A stretch of DNA of 63,309 nt from positions 1 through 63,309 of IMG/VR virus record IMGVR_UViG_3300006030_000029. One strand, 5' to 3'. The DNA is from a virus (lineage: Duplodnaviria; Caudoviricetes). Made by a program: the position numbers and the translations under genes. The notes under the pieces were generated by a model. The model worked only from the letters and a program-made list of their open reading frames with translations, did not search any database and was not told where the DNA came from. Below, in pieces: positions 54,302 to 63,309 of this stretch; within the stretch, counting starts at the first letter, position 1; every line of letters starts with the position of its first letter.

Positions 54302-56569
54302 ATGGAACTTACCACCGCCCTCAACAATTACGCCCCTCCAGTCGTTGACACGCAGGGTGAACCGCTAAAACGCCGCATCCAGTCCGTTGATGGCGCTCGT
54401 TCCCTTTGGTTTCGCATGCAGCAGGCGGACCTAGCCAGTAATCAGCAGATGGCAAAGGTGCAGGCAATGGTTGACGGTAGGGAGCCTTACGACCCTGCGA
54501 TGCTCCAAAAACAGGGCTTGGGCTACATGTCCAACTTCAATCCGGGCGACGCGAAGAGCTTCCTCGACCAGTCCGTTGCCGCCTTCATGGACCTCATCAC
54601 CGGCTCCGAGGGGCTGATTGATGTCCAGACCAAGTATGGCGACATTTCCGAGCGCCAGAACCTTTCCCAGCGTATCTCCCTGCATCTAAGCCGGACGATT
54701 CGCTCTTGGCCTGAGTTTTTCTACCGCTACGCCTTCATTCCGCACTATCGGACCCTGCATGGCACCGGAATTGCCTACTTTCCCGATCCGAATAACTGGC
54801 AATGGGACGTAACCAGCCTGAGTTATCTCAAAATCCCTCGCCAGACTCGCACTTGTGAGGATGCGATCCAGTATGCGGCGATGAAGAAGCTGGAGCAGCC
54901 AGACCAGTTGATGAAATACATCACGCTTGGTCAGTATGCCGAGGATGAGGGTTGGAATATCGACGCCTTGAAGCGGGCGATGCAGAACGCCTATCCGCAG
55001 ATTATCGACCCCTACAACTGGATGGACTGGGAGCAGCGTTGGAAGAACAACGACCTCGTTTTGGGTGAGACTGGCCCGACCATCCCTCTGATTTACATGT
55101 GGATTCGTGAAAATGACGGCACCATCAGCCTGATGATCTTCGCGGAAACGGGTCTGGCGTCCAACGATGGCACCAAGGAGGACTTTTTGTTCTACAAGCA
55201 GGGCGTTTACCGCTCGGCACAGGAGGCTTTCATCTTCTTCACCAAGGGCATCGGCACCAACGCGACATTCCACGGAGTTCGTGGCCTTGGCGCTGACATG
55301 TTCAATGCCATGCAGCAGCTTATGCGCCTGCGAAACAAGGCTGTTGACGTAGCGTTTGCCAGCGGTCCTACTTGGCAGGTGGAAAGCGAAGAGGCGGTTG
55401 AGAATTTCCGCATTGTTCCCTACGGTTTTGGCTTCCTCGCCACACCGGGGGCGACGTTTGTTCAGCAGCAGCCGCCAGACATTAGCCGCTCACTGGTTCC
55501 TGCGCTGGAAATGCTCCAACAGACGGTTGGGACGAACATCGGGCAATACACCTCGACCAAGACGCTCGACACCGGACGCGAGATTTCCAAGTTTGAGGCG
55601 ATGGCCCGTCTGGACCTGAATGCCCAACTTTCGGTCACGGAAATCAACCTATTCATGCAGCCACTTGACCGCCTGTTTAATCAAGTGGTGCGTCGGATGC
55701 TTCGGAAAGGCTACGAACGTGGCGATCCGGGCGGACAATACGTTTGGGAGTGGTTTGAACGCTGTCTCGAAGATGGCATTCCGATGGAAGCATTGGAGAA
55801 AATTGACCTGCGCTACACGAAAGCTGCCCGAACGATTGGCTCAGGCTCCCCTGCCGCTCGTCGCCTTAGCTACGAGTCTCTGATGGGCTTGTATCCTTAC
55901 TACGACGATTACGGCAAGCAGCAGTTGGTGCGCCTTCAGACCGCTTCTGTGGCTGGTTGGGACATCGCCAACCAGCTTACGCAGCCTCCGGGATCCGAAC
56001 AACGTCCTCCGATTGACGCTGCTATTGCGGATTCTCAGAACGTGGCGCTGGCTCAGGGCTTCGACCAGATGATCCTGCCGAATGAGAACAAGCGGGTCCA
56101 CCTCGAAATCCATATCGGCAAGCTGTCGGAATACTACCAGCAGTTTGACGAAGCCGGGCAGAATCCGGCGCTTTACGCGGAAATCGTGCCTCCGATGTCG
56201 AAGATTTTCGACCATGCCGCTCAGACTCTCGAAGGCTACACCGGAAACGACGCGCCGCTGTTTCGCCAGCAGTTGCAGCAGTTCAACGAAATCATCACAA
56301 ACGGCACTCGCCACCTGCAAAAGGAGGAGGCGCGTCAGGCTGAAATGCAGGGCCAGCCTCAACAGGACCAAGGGCCGTCTGAAATCGAGAAGATGATGGC
56401 GGAATGGCGCATCAAGATGGATCAACGCGAGGAAGAGTTCCGCGCCAAGATGCAGCAGCGCCAGCAAGAAACGGCTCAGAAAATGGCCCTCAAACAGCAA
56501 GAGTTCGCCGCTGACCTGTCACGCAAATCCGCAATGGCACAACTCCAACGAGTTAATACAACCGCATGA
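54302..56569 (+). CDS. Portal protein
   Basis: 755 aa with a Gln-rich C-terminal barrel-like coil; first gene of the portal-scaffold-capsid order. Confidence 0.75.
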   Translation: MELTTALNNYAPPVVDTQGEPLKRRIQSVDGARSLWFRMQQADLASNQQMAKVQAMVDGREPYDPAMLQKQGLGYMSNFNPGDAKSFLDQSVAAFMDLITGSEGLIDVQTKYGDISERQNLSQRISLHLSRTIRSWPEFFYRYAFIPHYRTLHGTGIAYFPDPNNWQWDVTSLSYLKIPRQTRTCEDAIQYAAMKKLEQPDQLMKYITLGQYAEDEGWNIDALKRAMQNAYPQIIDPYNWMDWEQRWKNNDLVLGETGPTIPLIYMWIRENDGTISLMIFAETGLASNDGTKEDFLFYKQGVYRSAQEAFIFFTKGIGTNATFHGVRGLGADMFNAMQQLMRLRNKAVDVAFASGPTWQVESEEAVENFRIVPYGFGFLATPGATFVQQQPPDISRSLVPALEMLQQTVGTNIGQYTSTKTLDTGREISKFEAMARLDLNAQLSVTEINLFMQPLDRLFNQVVRRMLRKGYERGDPGGQYVWEWFERCLEDGIPMEALEKIDLRYTKAARTIGSGSPAARRLSYESLMGLYPYYDDYGKQQLVRLQTASVAGWDIANQLTQPPGSEQRPPIDAAIADSQNVALAQGFDQMILPNENKRVHLEIHIGKLSEYYQQFDEAGQNPALYAEIVPPMSKIFDHAAQTLEGYTGNDAPLFRQQLQQFNEIITNGTRHLQKEEARQAEMQGQPQQDQGPSEIEKMMAEWRIKMDQREEEFRAKMQQRQQETAQKMALKQQEFAADLSRKSAMAQLQRVNTTA

Positions 56570-56883
56570 CCCTAAAACAACAATGGCTTGAGGACGGCCT
56601 CGCGCCACAACTGAAGCAACTCATCGAAAGCGACGTTTTTAAACGCGCCGTCGAGGTAATCAAAGAGCACACCGAACCGAACGACGAGTTCATCAAACTG
56701 GTCTATCGCTCACAGCCTGAGCACGCCGAGAAGGTAATTGCTGCCACGCATCAGGTGATGGCAGGCGAGCGCCGGGTTCTTCGTATGCTCGCGTCCCTAG
56801 CCAACGCCAAGCGAATCGAGAATGGCGAACTGCCGCCTCCATTCGACCACTACAACGAACAGTATTTTGAACCCCGCCAATAA
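56566..56883 (+). CDS. Small head-module protein
   Basis: ATGA-coupled to the portal; typical portal-downstream position. Confidence 0.6.
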   Translation: MTLKQQWLEDGLAPQLKQLIESDVFKRAVEVIKEHTEPNDEFIKLVYRSQPEHAEKVIAATHQVMAGERRVLRMLASLANAKRIENGELPPPFDHYNEQYFEPRQ

Positions 56884-56889
56884 CACCCT

Positions 56890-58083
56890 ATGACACCATC
56901 ACAAGCAGTAGCCGTCCCTGATCCCAATATCGCCGTTGATACCGTTCCCGGAGAGGGAAACTTCGACGCCACGGTGATGATGGAGCGTTTCAACGAGTTC
57001 ACCAAGGCCAAGGAGCCGGAAGCGAAAGTTGAGGAGCCTGTCAAAGAAGAGGTGAAGACGGATGAACCGACCAAGACCGAGGAAGTCGCCAAGGTCGATG
57101 ACGGCGAGATTCCAGAGGACTTTCCCACCAAGAAGCACGCCACACCGGAGGCTATCAAGACTTGGAAATCCATGAAGGATGAGCTTTCCACGCTTCGCTC
57201 GGAGTTGTCTGAGCTGAAGGAAAAACAGCTTCCAATCAAAGACAAGGAGCTTCAAGAGCGCCTGATTGAAATCGAGGAGGCCAAAAAGAAGCTGGCTGAG
57301 TTTGAGGGCAAAGACCTGTCTCAATACGAAAAGCGAATCAAGGAGCTTGAGGAGCGGGATGCGGAGAATGAGAAGTTCCGCAGCATCCACGACGTTGTGA
57401 ACTCCCGAGCCTTCCAAGAGGAGGTGATTCGCCCGTCTGAGCAGATTGGAGCCGCTGTTGAGGAACTCGCACAATCCTATGACATCTCCCCGGATGTCTT
57501 GAAGGAGGCTATGAAGCTAGAAGACCCCATTGAACTTCGCAAAAAGCTGCGTGAGCTGACCTTTGAGTGGAACCCGGTGGATGCCGCTGAGTTGGCAAAA
57601 CACGCCAAAGACCTCCGCGACATCGTGAGCAAATCACAGTCCATGCTCGACAATGCCGAGAATGCCAAAAAGGAACTCAAGTTTATCGAGGAAACCGAGG
57701 CAAAGAAGAAGGCGGAAGCGGAAGAAATCGCCATCAGGGCGGCAAACGAGGCTGTCGAGAAGCAGATCAACGAGAAGTTCGCCTTCTTGAAGGAGCATCC
57801 CGATGTGCTAGAGGCCATGAAGTCGTCCAAGTTTGAGGACACGCCAGCCAATCGTGCCCTTGCGGCCAAGCTGGCACCGCTCGTAACCAAGCTGAACGAC
57901 CTCTACACGGCTGAAAAGCAGCGTGTCATGCAGCTTCAAGAGGAGATGAACAAGCGAAACGCCGCCAAGCCGAACGTCAGCACGAACGTCAATCAGCCGG
58001 TTAAAGAGGCCGCGCCTGAGCCGGGAGGACTTGATTGGGAGAGTTCTTGGAGCCGATTCCAGAATGCTCAGAGGGCGTCGTAA
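56890..58083 (+). CDS. Capsid scaffolding protein
   Basis: Acidic E/K-rich coiled coil upstream of the capsid gene. Confidence 0.7.
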   Translation: MTPSQAVAVPDPNIAVDTVPGEGNFDATVMMERFNEFTKAKEPEAKVEEPVKEEVKTDEPTKTEEVAKVDDGEIPEDFPTKKHATPEAIKTWKSMKDELSTLRSELSELKEKQLPIKDKELQERLIEIEEAKKKLAEFEGKDLSQYEKRIKELEERDAENEKFRSIHDVVNSRAFQEEVIRPSEQIGAAVEELAQSYDISPDVLKEAMKLEDPIELRKKLRELTFEWNPVDAAELAKHAKDLRDIVSKSQSMLDNAENAKKELKFIEETEAKKKAEAEEIAIRAANEAVEKQINEKFAFLKEHPDVLEAMKSSKFEDTPANRALAAKLAPLVTKLNDLYTAEKQRVMQLQEEMNKRNAAKPNVSTNVNQPVKEAAPEPGGLDWESSWSRFQNAQRAS

Positions 58084-58102
58084 CCCAAATAGCTACATCA
58101 TT

Positions 58103-58138
58103 GACCCGCATGGAGTAAAATCTATGCGGGTTTTTTTG
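58103..58138 (+). terminator. Rho-independent terminator
   Basis: GACCCGCATGGA...TCTATGCGGGT followed by a T run. Confidence 0.8.
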
Positions 58139-58372
58139 TTGACATATCAACCATAATAGCCAAAGAGTCCGCCTAGAGCCTTAAAATCCATCTGCAACAT
58201 GGTTTCGGACCGCTCGCCGGATGAAAGTGCGATGAGCTAAAATTACCTAATTCTTCGCTCGGAGTTAGAACAGAACTGCCAGCAGTGTTCCGCGTGGAAC
58301 AATTGCACATTGGCGGTTCAAGCAAGTTCTTACCTAAACCAAACTTCATCCGCCCTCAGGGCACCTACTACT

Positions 58373-59548
58373 ATGGCCTGCACCGACCTCAATAATTACT
58401 TCGTTTCCGAAGCAAACCGCCTTTCTAGTGATACTATGTATCGCAATTGGGCGACCTCGCCTTGGGATACTGAAGAAATCGTCCCGAAAACACGTTGGCC
58501 TGACGGAATGTCAGCATCACCGAACTTCTTGGTCTTTGAAAGAAGTATGCCGCTTTCCTCGGCGATCACCTTCCAAACCTACGGCTTCAATGACGGTGGC
58601 GAAGGCGACGCTGGCGGCTCCTGCGCCCCTCCTACTGTTACGGTTTATCAAGCCTCCACCCGTCGCACGATGAGCCTGAAGAAGGCCGCTGTCGAATCTG
58701 AGAAGATTTGTATCGAAGACGGTCGCATGGCTTGGGAAATCGTCCAGCAGGGTTCGCACATCCTCCGCAACCTTCAGAACAACTCCCGTTATGCTTGGTC
58801 CGTCCAGCGCAAAACGGAGTTCACCTCGGTTTGCTCCAACAAGGCTGTGGCTGACTCATCCATGACGACCTCTAGCTCGTCCTTCGGCACCGGCACCATC
58901 GGAACTATTAACCGTGAGATGCTCGACTACTGGTATGACCGCCTCGTCGCTGATGGCGCTCACCAGAACAACGGTCTTGGCACCAACGAATACGGTCAGC
59001 CGGTCCTTCCGCTGATTCTCAGCCGTGAAGCTCAGGCCACCCTCGTCAACAACGAGACGAGCCTGAACAACATCCGCTGGTCGAACAGCGCCGACAAGCT
59101 CCTTGGTCCTCGCGGTTCCTTCGTGAACCTTGAAGGCTTCAAGCACAAGATCGACATTCAGGCTCCTCGCTGGAATCTGGTTGGCGGCGCTTGGGTGTCC
59201 GTTCCGTTCTACCTCCCTGCCACCTCGGCTGGTGAAGATGCGGAAGTCAATCCTGACTACTACACCGCTCAGTATGAAGACCTCTTCATCGCGAGCAATC
59301 AGGTGGTCAAGTTCGCCATCCCCGGTGCCTCCCTTCAGGCTGGCCCGATGAAGTTCAAGCCGCAGGATTACCTCGGCAACTTCGAGTGGCGCAACATTCA
59401 GGACAACGACTGCAACAAGGACGGCAACATTGGCTACTTCCGTGGCATCCTTGGCTACGGCGCACAGCCCGGCATCCCTGAATACGGTTGCGTCCTTCGC
59501 TTCCGCCGCTGCCCGATCAACTGGACGGTGAACACCGCCTGCTCGTAA
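58373..59548 (+). CDS. Major capsid protein
   Basis: 391 aa, strongly biased codon use, follows the scaffold, hairpin downstream. Confidence 0.75.
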   Translation: MACTDLNNYFVSEANRLSSDTMYRNWATSPWDTEEIVPKTRWPDGMSASPNFLVFERSMPLSSAITFQTYGFNDGGEGDAGGSCAPPTVTVYQASTRRTMSLKKAAVESEKICIEDGRMAWEIVQQGSHILRNLQNNSRYAWSVQRKTEFTSVCSNKAVADSSMTTSSSSFGTGTIGTINREMLDYWYDRLVADGAHQNNGLGTNEYGQPVLPLILSREAQATLVNNETSLNNIRWSNSADKLLGPRGSFVNLEGFKHKIDIQAPRWNLVGGAWVSVPFYLPATSAGEDAEVNPDYYTAQYEDLFIASNQVVKFAIPGASLQAGPMKFKPQDYLGNFEWRNIQDNDCNKDGNIGYFRGILGYGAQPGIPEYGCVLRFRRCPINWTVNTACS

Positions 59549-59572
59549 TCCCGCAACGGACCTAACCTCAAC

Positions 59573-59620
59573 CGGGCGGGGTCGGCTTTGACAAGAAGCT
59601 GGCCCCGCCCATTCTCTTAC
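59573..59620 (+). terminator. Strong hairpin after the capsid gene
   Basis: GGGCGGGGTCGGCTT/AAGCTGGCCCCGCCC, then ATTCTCTT. Confidence 0.6.
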
Positions 59621-59624
59621 TACC

Positions 59625-59894
59625 ATGCTCACCTTTAAAGCCCCCTCTGGATGGGAAATCCCCCAAGACGCACAGCCCGGCAAACCCTTCTCTGCTGTTG
59701 GCACCTTCACTGTCGATGAAGACGGTAATGTTACCCTGACCGAAATCGACGGTTCTGCCATCGAAGCTCCCGAAATGGAGATGGAGATGGAAGTCGAGGA
59801 GGAAGGTGAGGAAACCGAAGCCCCCGAAGCTGGCATGACGGACATTGAATCCGCCATGAAGCGAGCCGAAGAAATGGGACTCTTTGCCAAGTAA
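59625..59894 (+). CDS. Acidic hypothetical protein
   Basis: 89 aa with an EMEMEM/E-rich tract. Confidence 0.65.
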   Translation: MLTFKAPSGWEIPQDAQPGKPFSAVGTFTVDEDGNVTLTEIDGSAIEAPEMEMEMEVEEEGEETEAPEAGMTDIESAMKRAEEMGLFAK

Positions 59895-59898
59895 CCTT

Positions 59899-60102
59899 AT
59901 GCCCGGCGAATCCCAAACCCTTTTAACACCGCCCCCGGTTGACACTCAGCATTTGCTGAACGCCATCCGTGTTGCGCTGGTGAACCTCAATCATCCCGGC
60001 ACGATCACTTATGATCCGCTGACCAAACCACCGCCCCCTGTCAGTCCGCAGACGCTTTACTATGCGATCTACCGTGCTGCTCTTGGCGACATCCAATCTT
60101 GA
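59899..60102 (+). CDS. Small protein with two PPPV-helix repeats
   Basis: MPGESQTL..PPPVD...; PPPVS... Confidence 0.65.
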   Translation: MPGESQTLLTPPPVDTQHLLNAIRVALVNLNHPGTITYDPLTKPPPPVSPQTLYYAIYRAALGDIQS

Positions 60103-60105
60103 GTT

Positions 60106-60204
60106 ATGCCCGGCGAAAACCAGACTTTGCCAGTTCCGCCCCCAGTGGATGTGAACACTTTCCTGTATAACATCTACCTCGCCATCCTTGCTCAGACGCC
60201 ATGA
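60106..60204 (+). CDS. 32-aa paralogue of 59899-60102 (not in ORF track)
   Basis: MPGENQTLPVPPPVDVNTFLYNIYLAILAQTP*; ATGA-coupled to the next gene. Confidence 0.7.
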   Translation: MPGENQTLPVPPPVDVNTFLYNIYLAILAQTP

Positions 60205-60560
60205 TCCCCGGAACATCCGCTCAACTTGATGCCAATCTGGCTTACGTCCAAGGTGACACTTGGGGCGGGATTCCAACGATCACTGTCACGCCAGCACCGT
60301 CATACACGGCTGACAGCGCCATCTTTGCCATCAAAAGGCAGGCATCCGACATTCAGGTGGTCAAGCAACTCAGTTCTGCCGATGGCGAGATTGTCATCAG
60401 CGACGATGTGAACTGGATTTTCACCATTCCAGCGCAAACATTAGCCCTCAATGCAGGAACCTACGTCTGGCAATTCCGAGTCACTGACAGCAATGGAGGC
60501 ATTCAAACCTACCTCCAAGGCTCCATTCAAGTTCTCCCACAATACTCCCTTCCAGCCTGA
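60201..60560 (+). CDS. BppU-N-like fibre-attachment protein
   Basis: 'QGDT...L.AGTY.WQ..V.D..G...T...G.I.V' Ig-like pattern. Confidence 0.65.
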   Translation: MIPGTSAQLDANLAYVQGDTWGGIPTITVTPAPSYTADSAIFAIKRQASDIQVVKQLSSADGEIVISDDVNWIFTIPAQTLALNAGTYVWQFRVTDSNGGIQTYLQGSIQVLPQYSLPA

Positions 60561-63309
60561 TGAGCACAACCGTCAACGTCTCGACGCCAGCCAGCAAGCC
60601 AACCGTTTACGTCACTCAAGATGGGGATGTGACGGTGGACATCAGCTACAATCCCGTTGGAACCACTTCTGGTGACGTTTATGGGCCTGCGTCATCCACG
60701 GACAATGCCATTGCACGCTTCGATGGAACGACTGGTAAAGTCATCCAAAATAGCGGCATCACGATTGCAGATGGCGCGTCTGGCACGCTTTCTGGCACGA
60801 ATAGCGGGGATGTGACGCTGGACTCAACGGTTACAGACATTCTCACCATCACTGGTCAGGCTATCTCGGCAGACGATCAAGGTTCAGACAAACTGGTGTT
60901 TTGGGACGAATCTCAAAGCAAACTTACCTCGCTTACAGTTGGTAGTGGCCTGTCGATTACTGGCACCACCATTACTGCGACCGGAAGTGGCGATGTCGTT
61001 GGTCCGGCATCCTCGACAGACAATGCTCTGGTCCGCTTCGACGGAACGACTGGGAAACTGGTTCAGAACGGCCAGATCACCGAATCCGACACGGGCGACT
61101 TCGCCAATGTGAACAGCATCGCGATGGACACGACGCCATCTGGATCGCTGTCAACGCAAGGCCAGATGATGTGGAACAACGGCGAGGAAACGCTGGACAT
61201 TCAGCTTAATGGATTCGCCCTCCATGTTGGCGAGCATGTCGTTTACCACGTCAAGAACAGCACTGGATCAACGATTGCCAAAGGTGTCCCCGTCATGTTC
61301 AGTGGAACCGATGGCAACAGCGGCAAGCTGCTTGTGCAACCGTGGAATGGCACGGGTCCATCCACCTACTTCATGGGCCTGACCGCTGAAGAACTCAGCA
61401 ACGGCGAGGAAGGCTTTGTCATCGCCTTTGGCAAGCTCCGTGGCATTCAAACCAACGGAGGCAACTACGGCGAGTCTTGGGCTGACGGACAGATCATCTA
61501 TGCCTCCACAACGACTGGATACCTGACCAAGACTCAGCCAGCGGCACCCAATCCGCACATTCAAGTTCTGGCTGTTGTCAGTGCCCACGCGAGCAACGGG
61601 ACTTTTTTCATCCGACCCACTCTTGGCAGCAACATCAAGGACGATGAAGGGGTGACGATCACCAGCCTTTCTTCAGGCCAAATCCTTGTCGCAAACGCGG
61701 CTGGAACGGTCTTCGAGAACAAGTCTGTCTCTGGCGATGCCACCTTGGCAAACACCGGGGCTTTGACGCTGGCAAACACTGCCGTCACTCCCGGCTCTTA
61801 CACATCCGCAAACATCACGGTTGACGCAAAAGGCCGAATCACCGCCGCTGCAAACGGTTCTGGCGGCGGAGGAGGATCAGGCACAGTCACTAGCGTTGCC
61901 ATCTCAGGCACAGACGGCATTCAGGTCGATTCTGGCTCACCCATCACAACATCTGGCACCATTCAGCTAGGTGTGGATGCAGCAACGATGAAAACGACGC
62001 TCGACCTTGCTGGCACGAATACCGGCGACCAGAATGTTTTCTCCACCTTCGCTGTGGCAGGGCAGAGCAACGTGGTCGCTGATTCCACCTCTGACACGCT
62101 CACCCTTGTTGCTGGAACGAACGTCACGATCACGACGAATGCCAGCACCGACAGCATAACGATCAATTCAACTGCCAGCGGGACAGGGGACGTTGTTGGT
62201 CCGGCTTCAGCCACCGATGGCAATGTGGCACTCTTTGACGGCACCACGGGGAAGCTAATCAAGGACGGTGTTCCAATCTCCGGTGGAGGTAATGGTGCCA
62301 GCGATGTGAATAAGCTGGTTTCTTTTGACGGTGCTGGCGGCATCACCCTGACGCGAGGCTTGCAAATTGTGAGTGATGGCGGCTCAGGTGTTTTTGGAAT
62401 GCTCGCGCCCGACGCCGTCGGATTGAGCTACGATGTGACTCTGCCGCAGGCGAATGCAACACTGGCAACGAGTCCAAACACGGACGGCTCCCTGGCGCTT
62501 TTTGATCTCTCAGACATTCCCGTGGATGCGGCTGGCGCACTCACCAGTGATGGTGATGGCAACCTTTCATGGACATCACCCGGAAATGTGGTCGGACCTG
62601 CATCCGCGACCGACAATGCCATCCCACGTTTTGACGGCACGACTGGCAAGCTCATCCAGAACAGTGGCATCACCATCGCAGATGGAGCAAGCGGCTCTCT
62701 TTCGGGAACAAACTCGGGCGACGTAGGCCTAGCGGGCACTCCAGATTACATCACCATCAGCGGGCAAACGATTACTCGCGGCCTGATTGACCTGACAACC
62801 GATGTGACTGGCGATTTGCCGCTGTCGAATCTGGCGCAGGCATCCGCAGCCTCCAAACTCCTTGGGCGCGGCTCGGCATCCGGCGCTGGCGACTTTCAGG
62901 AGATCACGCTTGGTTCTGGCCTCACCATGAGCGGAACAACGCTTTCGGCCAGCGGTGGTAGCTCAAATGTCGATGTTAAGCTCTACACTGCCAATGATAC
63001 TTGGACAAATCCAAGTCCAAGCACGGCAAAGCGCGTTTTTGTAAAGCTCGTTGGTGGCGGTGCTGGCGGTGGATCGGGACGTAAAGGCGCGGCTGGAACT
63101 AATCGTTATGGCGGTTCTGGTGGCGCTCCGGGGGCAACCGTTGAGACATGGTTCCTGACAACTGATTTAGCCTCGACTATTAGCGTAACCGTGGCCGCTG
63201 GCGGAACAGGTGGCGCTGCGGTGACGGCGGACTCCACCAACGGGAACAATGGAACCGCTGGTGGAAGCACCACATTTAGCACCGTTACCGCTGTTGGTGG
63301 ACTGGCTGG
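60560..63309 (+). CDS. Tail fibre, at least 916 aa, truncated at the window end (not in ORF track)
   Basis: Open frame from ATG 60560 to the end; G/T/S-rich; four GDVVGPAS.TDN...FDGTTGK repeats; start of a Gly-rich domain. Confidence 0.85.
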   Translation, partial: MSTTVNVSTPASKPTVYVTQDGDVTVDISYNPVGTTSGDVYGPASSTDNAIARFDGTTGKVIQNSGITIADGASGTLSGTNSGDVTLDSTVTDILTITGQAISADDQGSDKLVFWDESQSKLTSLTVGSGLSITGTTITATGSGDVVGPASSTDNALVRFDGTTGKLVQNGQITESDTGDFANVNSIAMDTTPSGSLSTQGQMMWNNGEETLDIQLNGFALHVGEHVVYHVKNSTGSTIAKGVPVMFSGTDGNSGKLLVQPWNGTGPSTYFMGLTAEELSNGEEGFVIAFGKLRGIQTNGGNYGESWADGQIIYASTTTGYLTKTQPAAPNPHIQVLAVVSAHASNGTFFIRPTLGSNIKDDEGVTITSLSSGQILVANAAGTVFENKSVSGDATLANTGALTLANTAVTPGSYTSANITVDAKGRITAAANGSGGGGGSGTVTSVAISGTDGIQVDSGSPITTSGTIQLGVDAATMKTTLDLAGTNTGDQNVFSTFAVAGQSNVVADSTSDTLTLVAGTNVTITTNASTDSITINSTASGTGDVVGPASATDGNVALFDGTTGKLIKDGVPISGGGNGASDVNKLVSFDGAGGITLTRGLQIVSDGGSGVFGMLAPDAVGLSYDVTLPQANATLATSPNTDGSLALFDLSDIPVDAAGALTSDGDGNLSWTSPGNVVGPASATDNAIPRFDGTTGKLIQNSGITIADGASGSLSGTNSGDVGLAGTPDYITISGQTITRGLIDLTTDVTGDLPLSNLAQASAASKLLGRGSASGAGDFQEITLGSGLTMSGTTLSASGGSSNVDVKLYTANDTWTNPSPSTAKRVFVKLVGGGAGGGSGRKGAAGTNRYGGSGGAPGATVETWFLTTDLASTISVTVAAGGTGGAAVTADSTNGNNGTAGGSTTFSTVTAVGGLA
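60671..62725 (+). repeat. Four 28-aa fibre repeats at 60671, 60989, 62186 and 62582
   Basis: G[DN]VxGPAS[SA]TD....FDGTTGK; copies 1 and 4 match over 48 aa. Confidence 0.85.

Noticed and set aside
58856-59890. 344-aa minus-strand ORF and similar long antisense ORFs (11544-12377, 22141-22902, 24784-25605, 35858-36679, 55841-56500)
   Set aside because: Shadows of strongly codon-biased genes on the opposite strand; no motifs.
60671-62725. DGR template/variable repeat pair
   Set aside because: Differences are mainly synonymous and not adenine-specific; no reverse transcriptase seen.
1-63309. Integrase/lysogeny module, phage DNA or RNA polymerase, alternative genetic code
   Set aside because: No recombinase or polymerase motifs seen; genes tile well with code 11 and use all three stop codons.

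Overview
The window is a near-complete, circularly permuted, podovirus-like tailed dsDNA phage genome. A glycine-rich tail fibre runs off the right end and its apparent C-terminus reappears at 1-57, with a short gap between the ends. Modules: lysis (0.5-3.8 kb); small accessory genes; a Thr/Pro mucin-like virion protein next to a glycosyltransferase-methyltransferase; TerL; head-tail and ejection proteins including a 3662-aa polyvalent protein; leftward replication/recombination genes (initiator with an HNH insert, primase-helicase, RusA-like, MazG-like, DUF669 SSB-like, Sak4-like); tRNA-like RNAs; early genes; a TerS candidate; rightward accessory/regulatory genes; a second glycosylation cluster; portal, scaffold, major capsid and tail fibre. 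I saw no integrase, DNA polymerase, reverse transcriptase or CRISPR array. The top finding is an integrase-less array of three integron attC-type hairpins at 48.18-48.98 kb, plus a decayed one at 4.7-5.0 kb. They lie antisense to the genes and are read through as protein. The two long sites carry an ATGA stop/start overlap in their loop, and every predicted crossover sits on an in-frame Asn (AAC) codon. This looks like a frame-preserving cassette system that borrows the host integron integrase. The host is probably Verrucomicrobiota, inferred only from the attC sequence style. All calls are by eye from motifs and context; no database searches were run.
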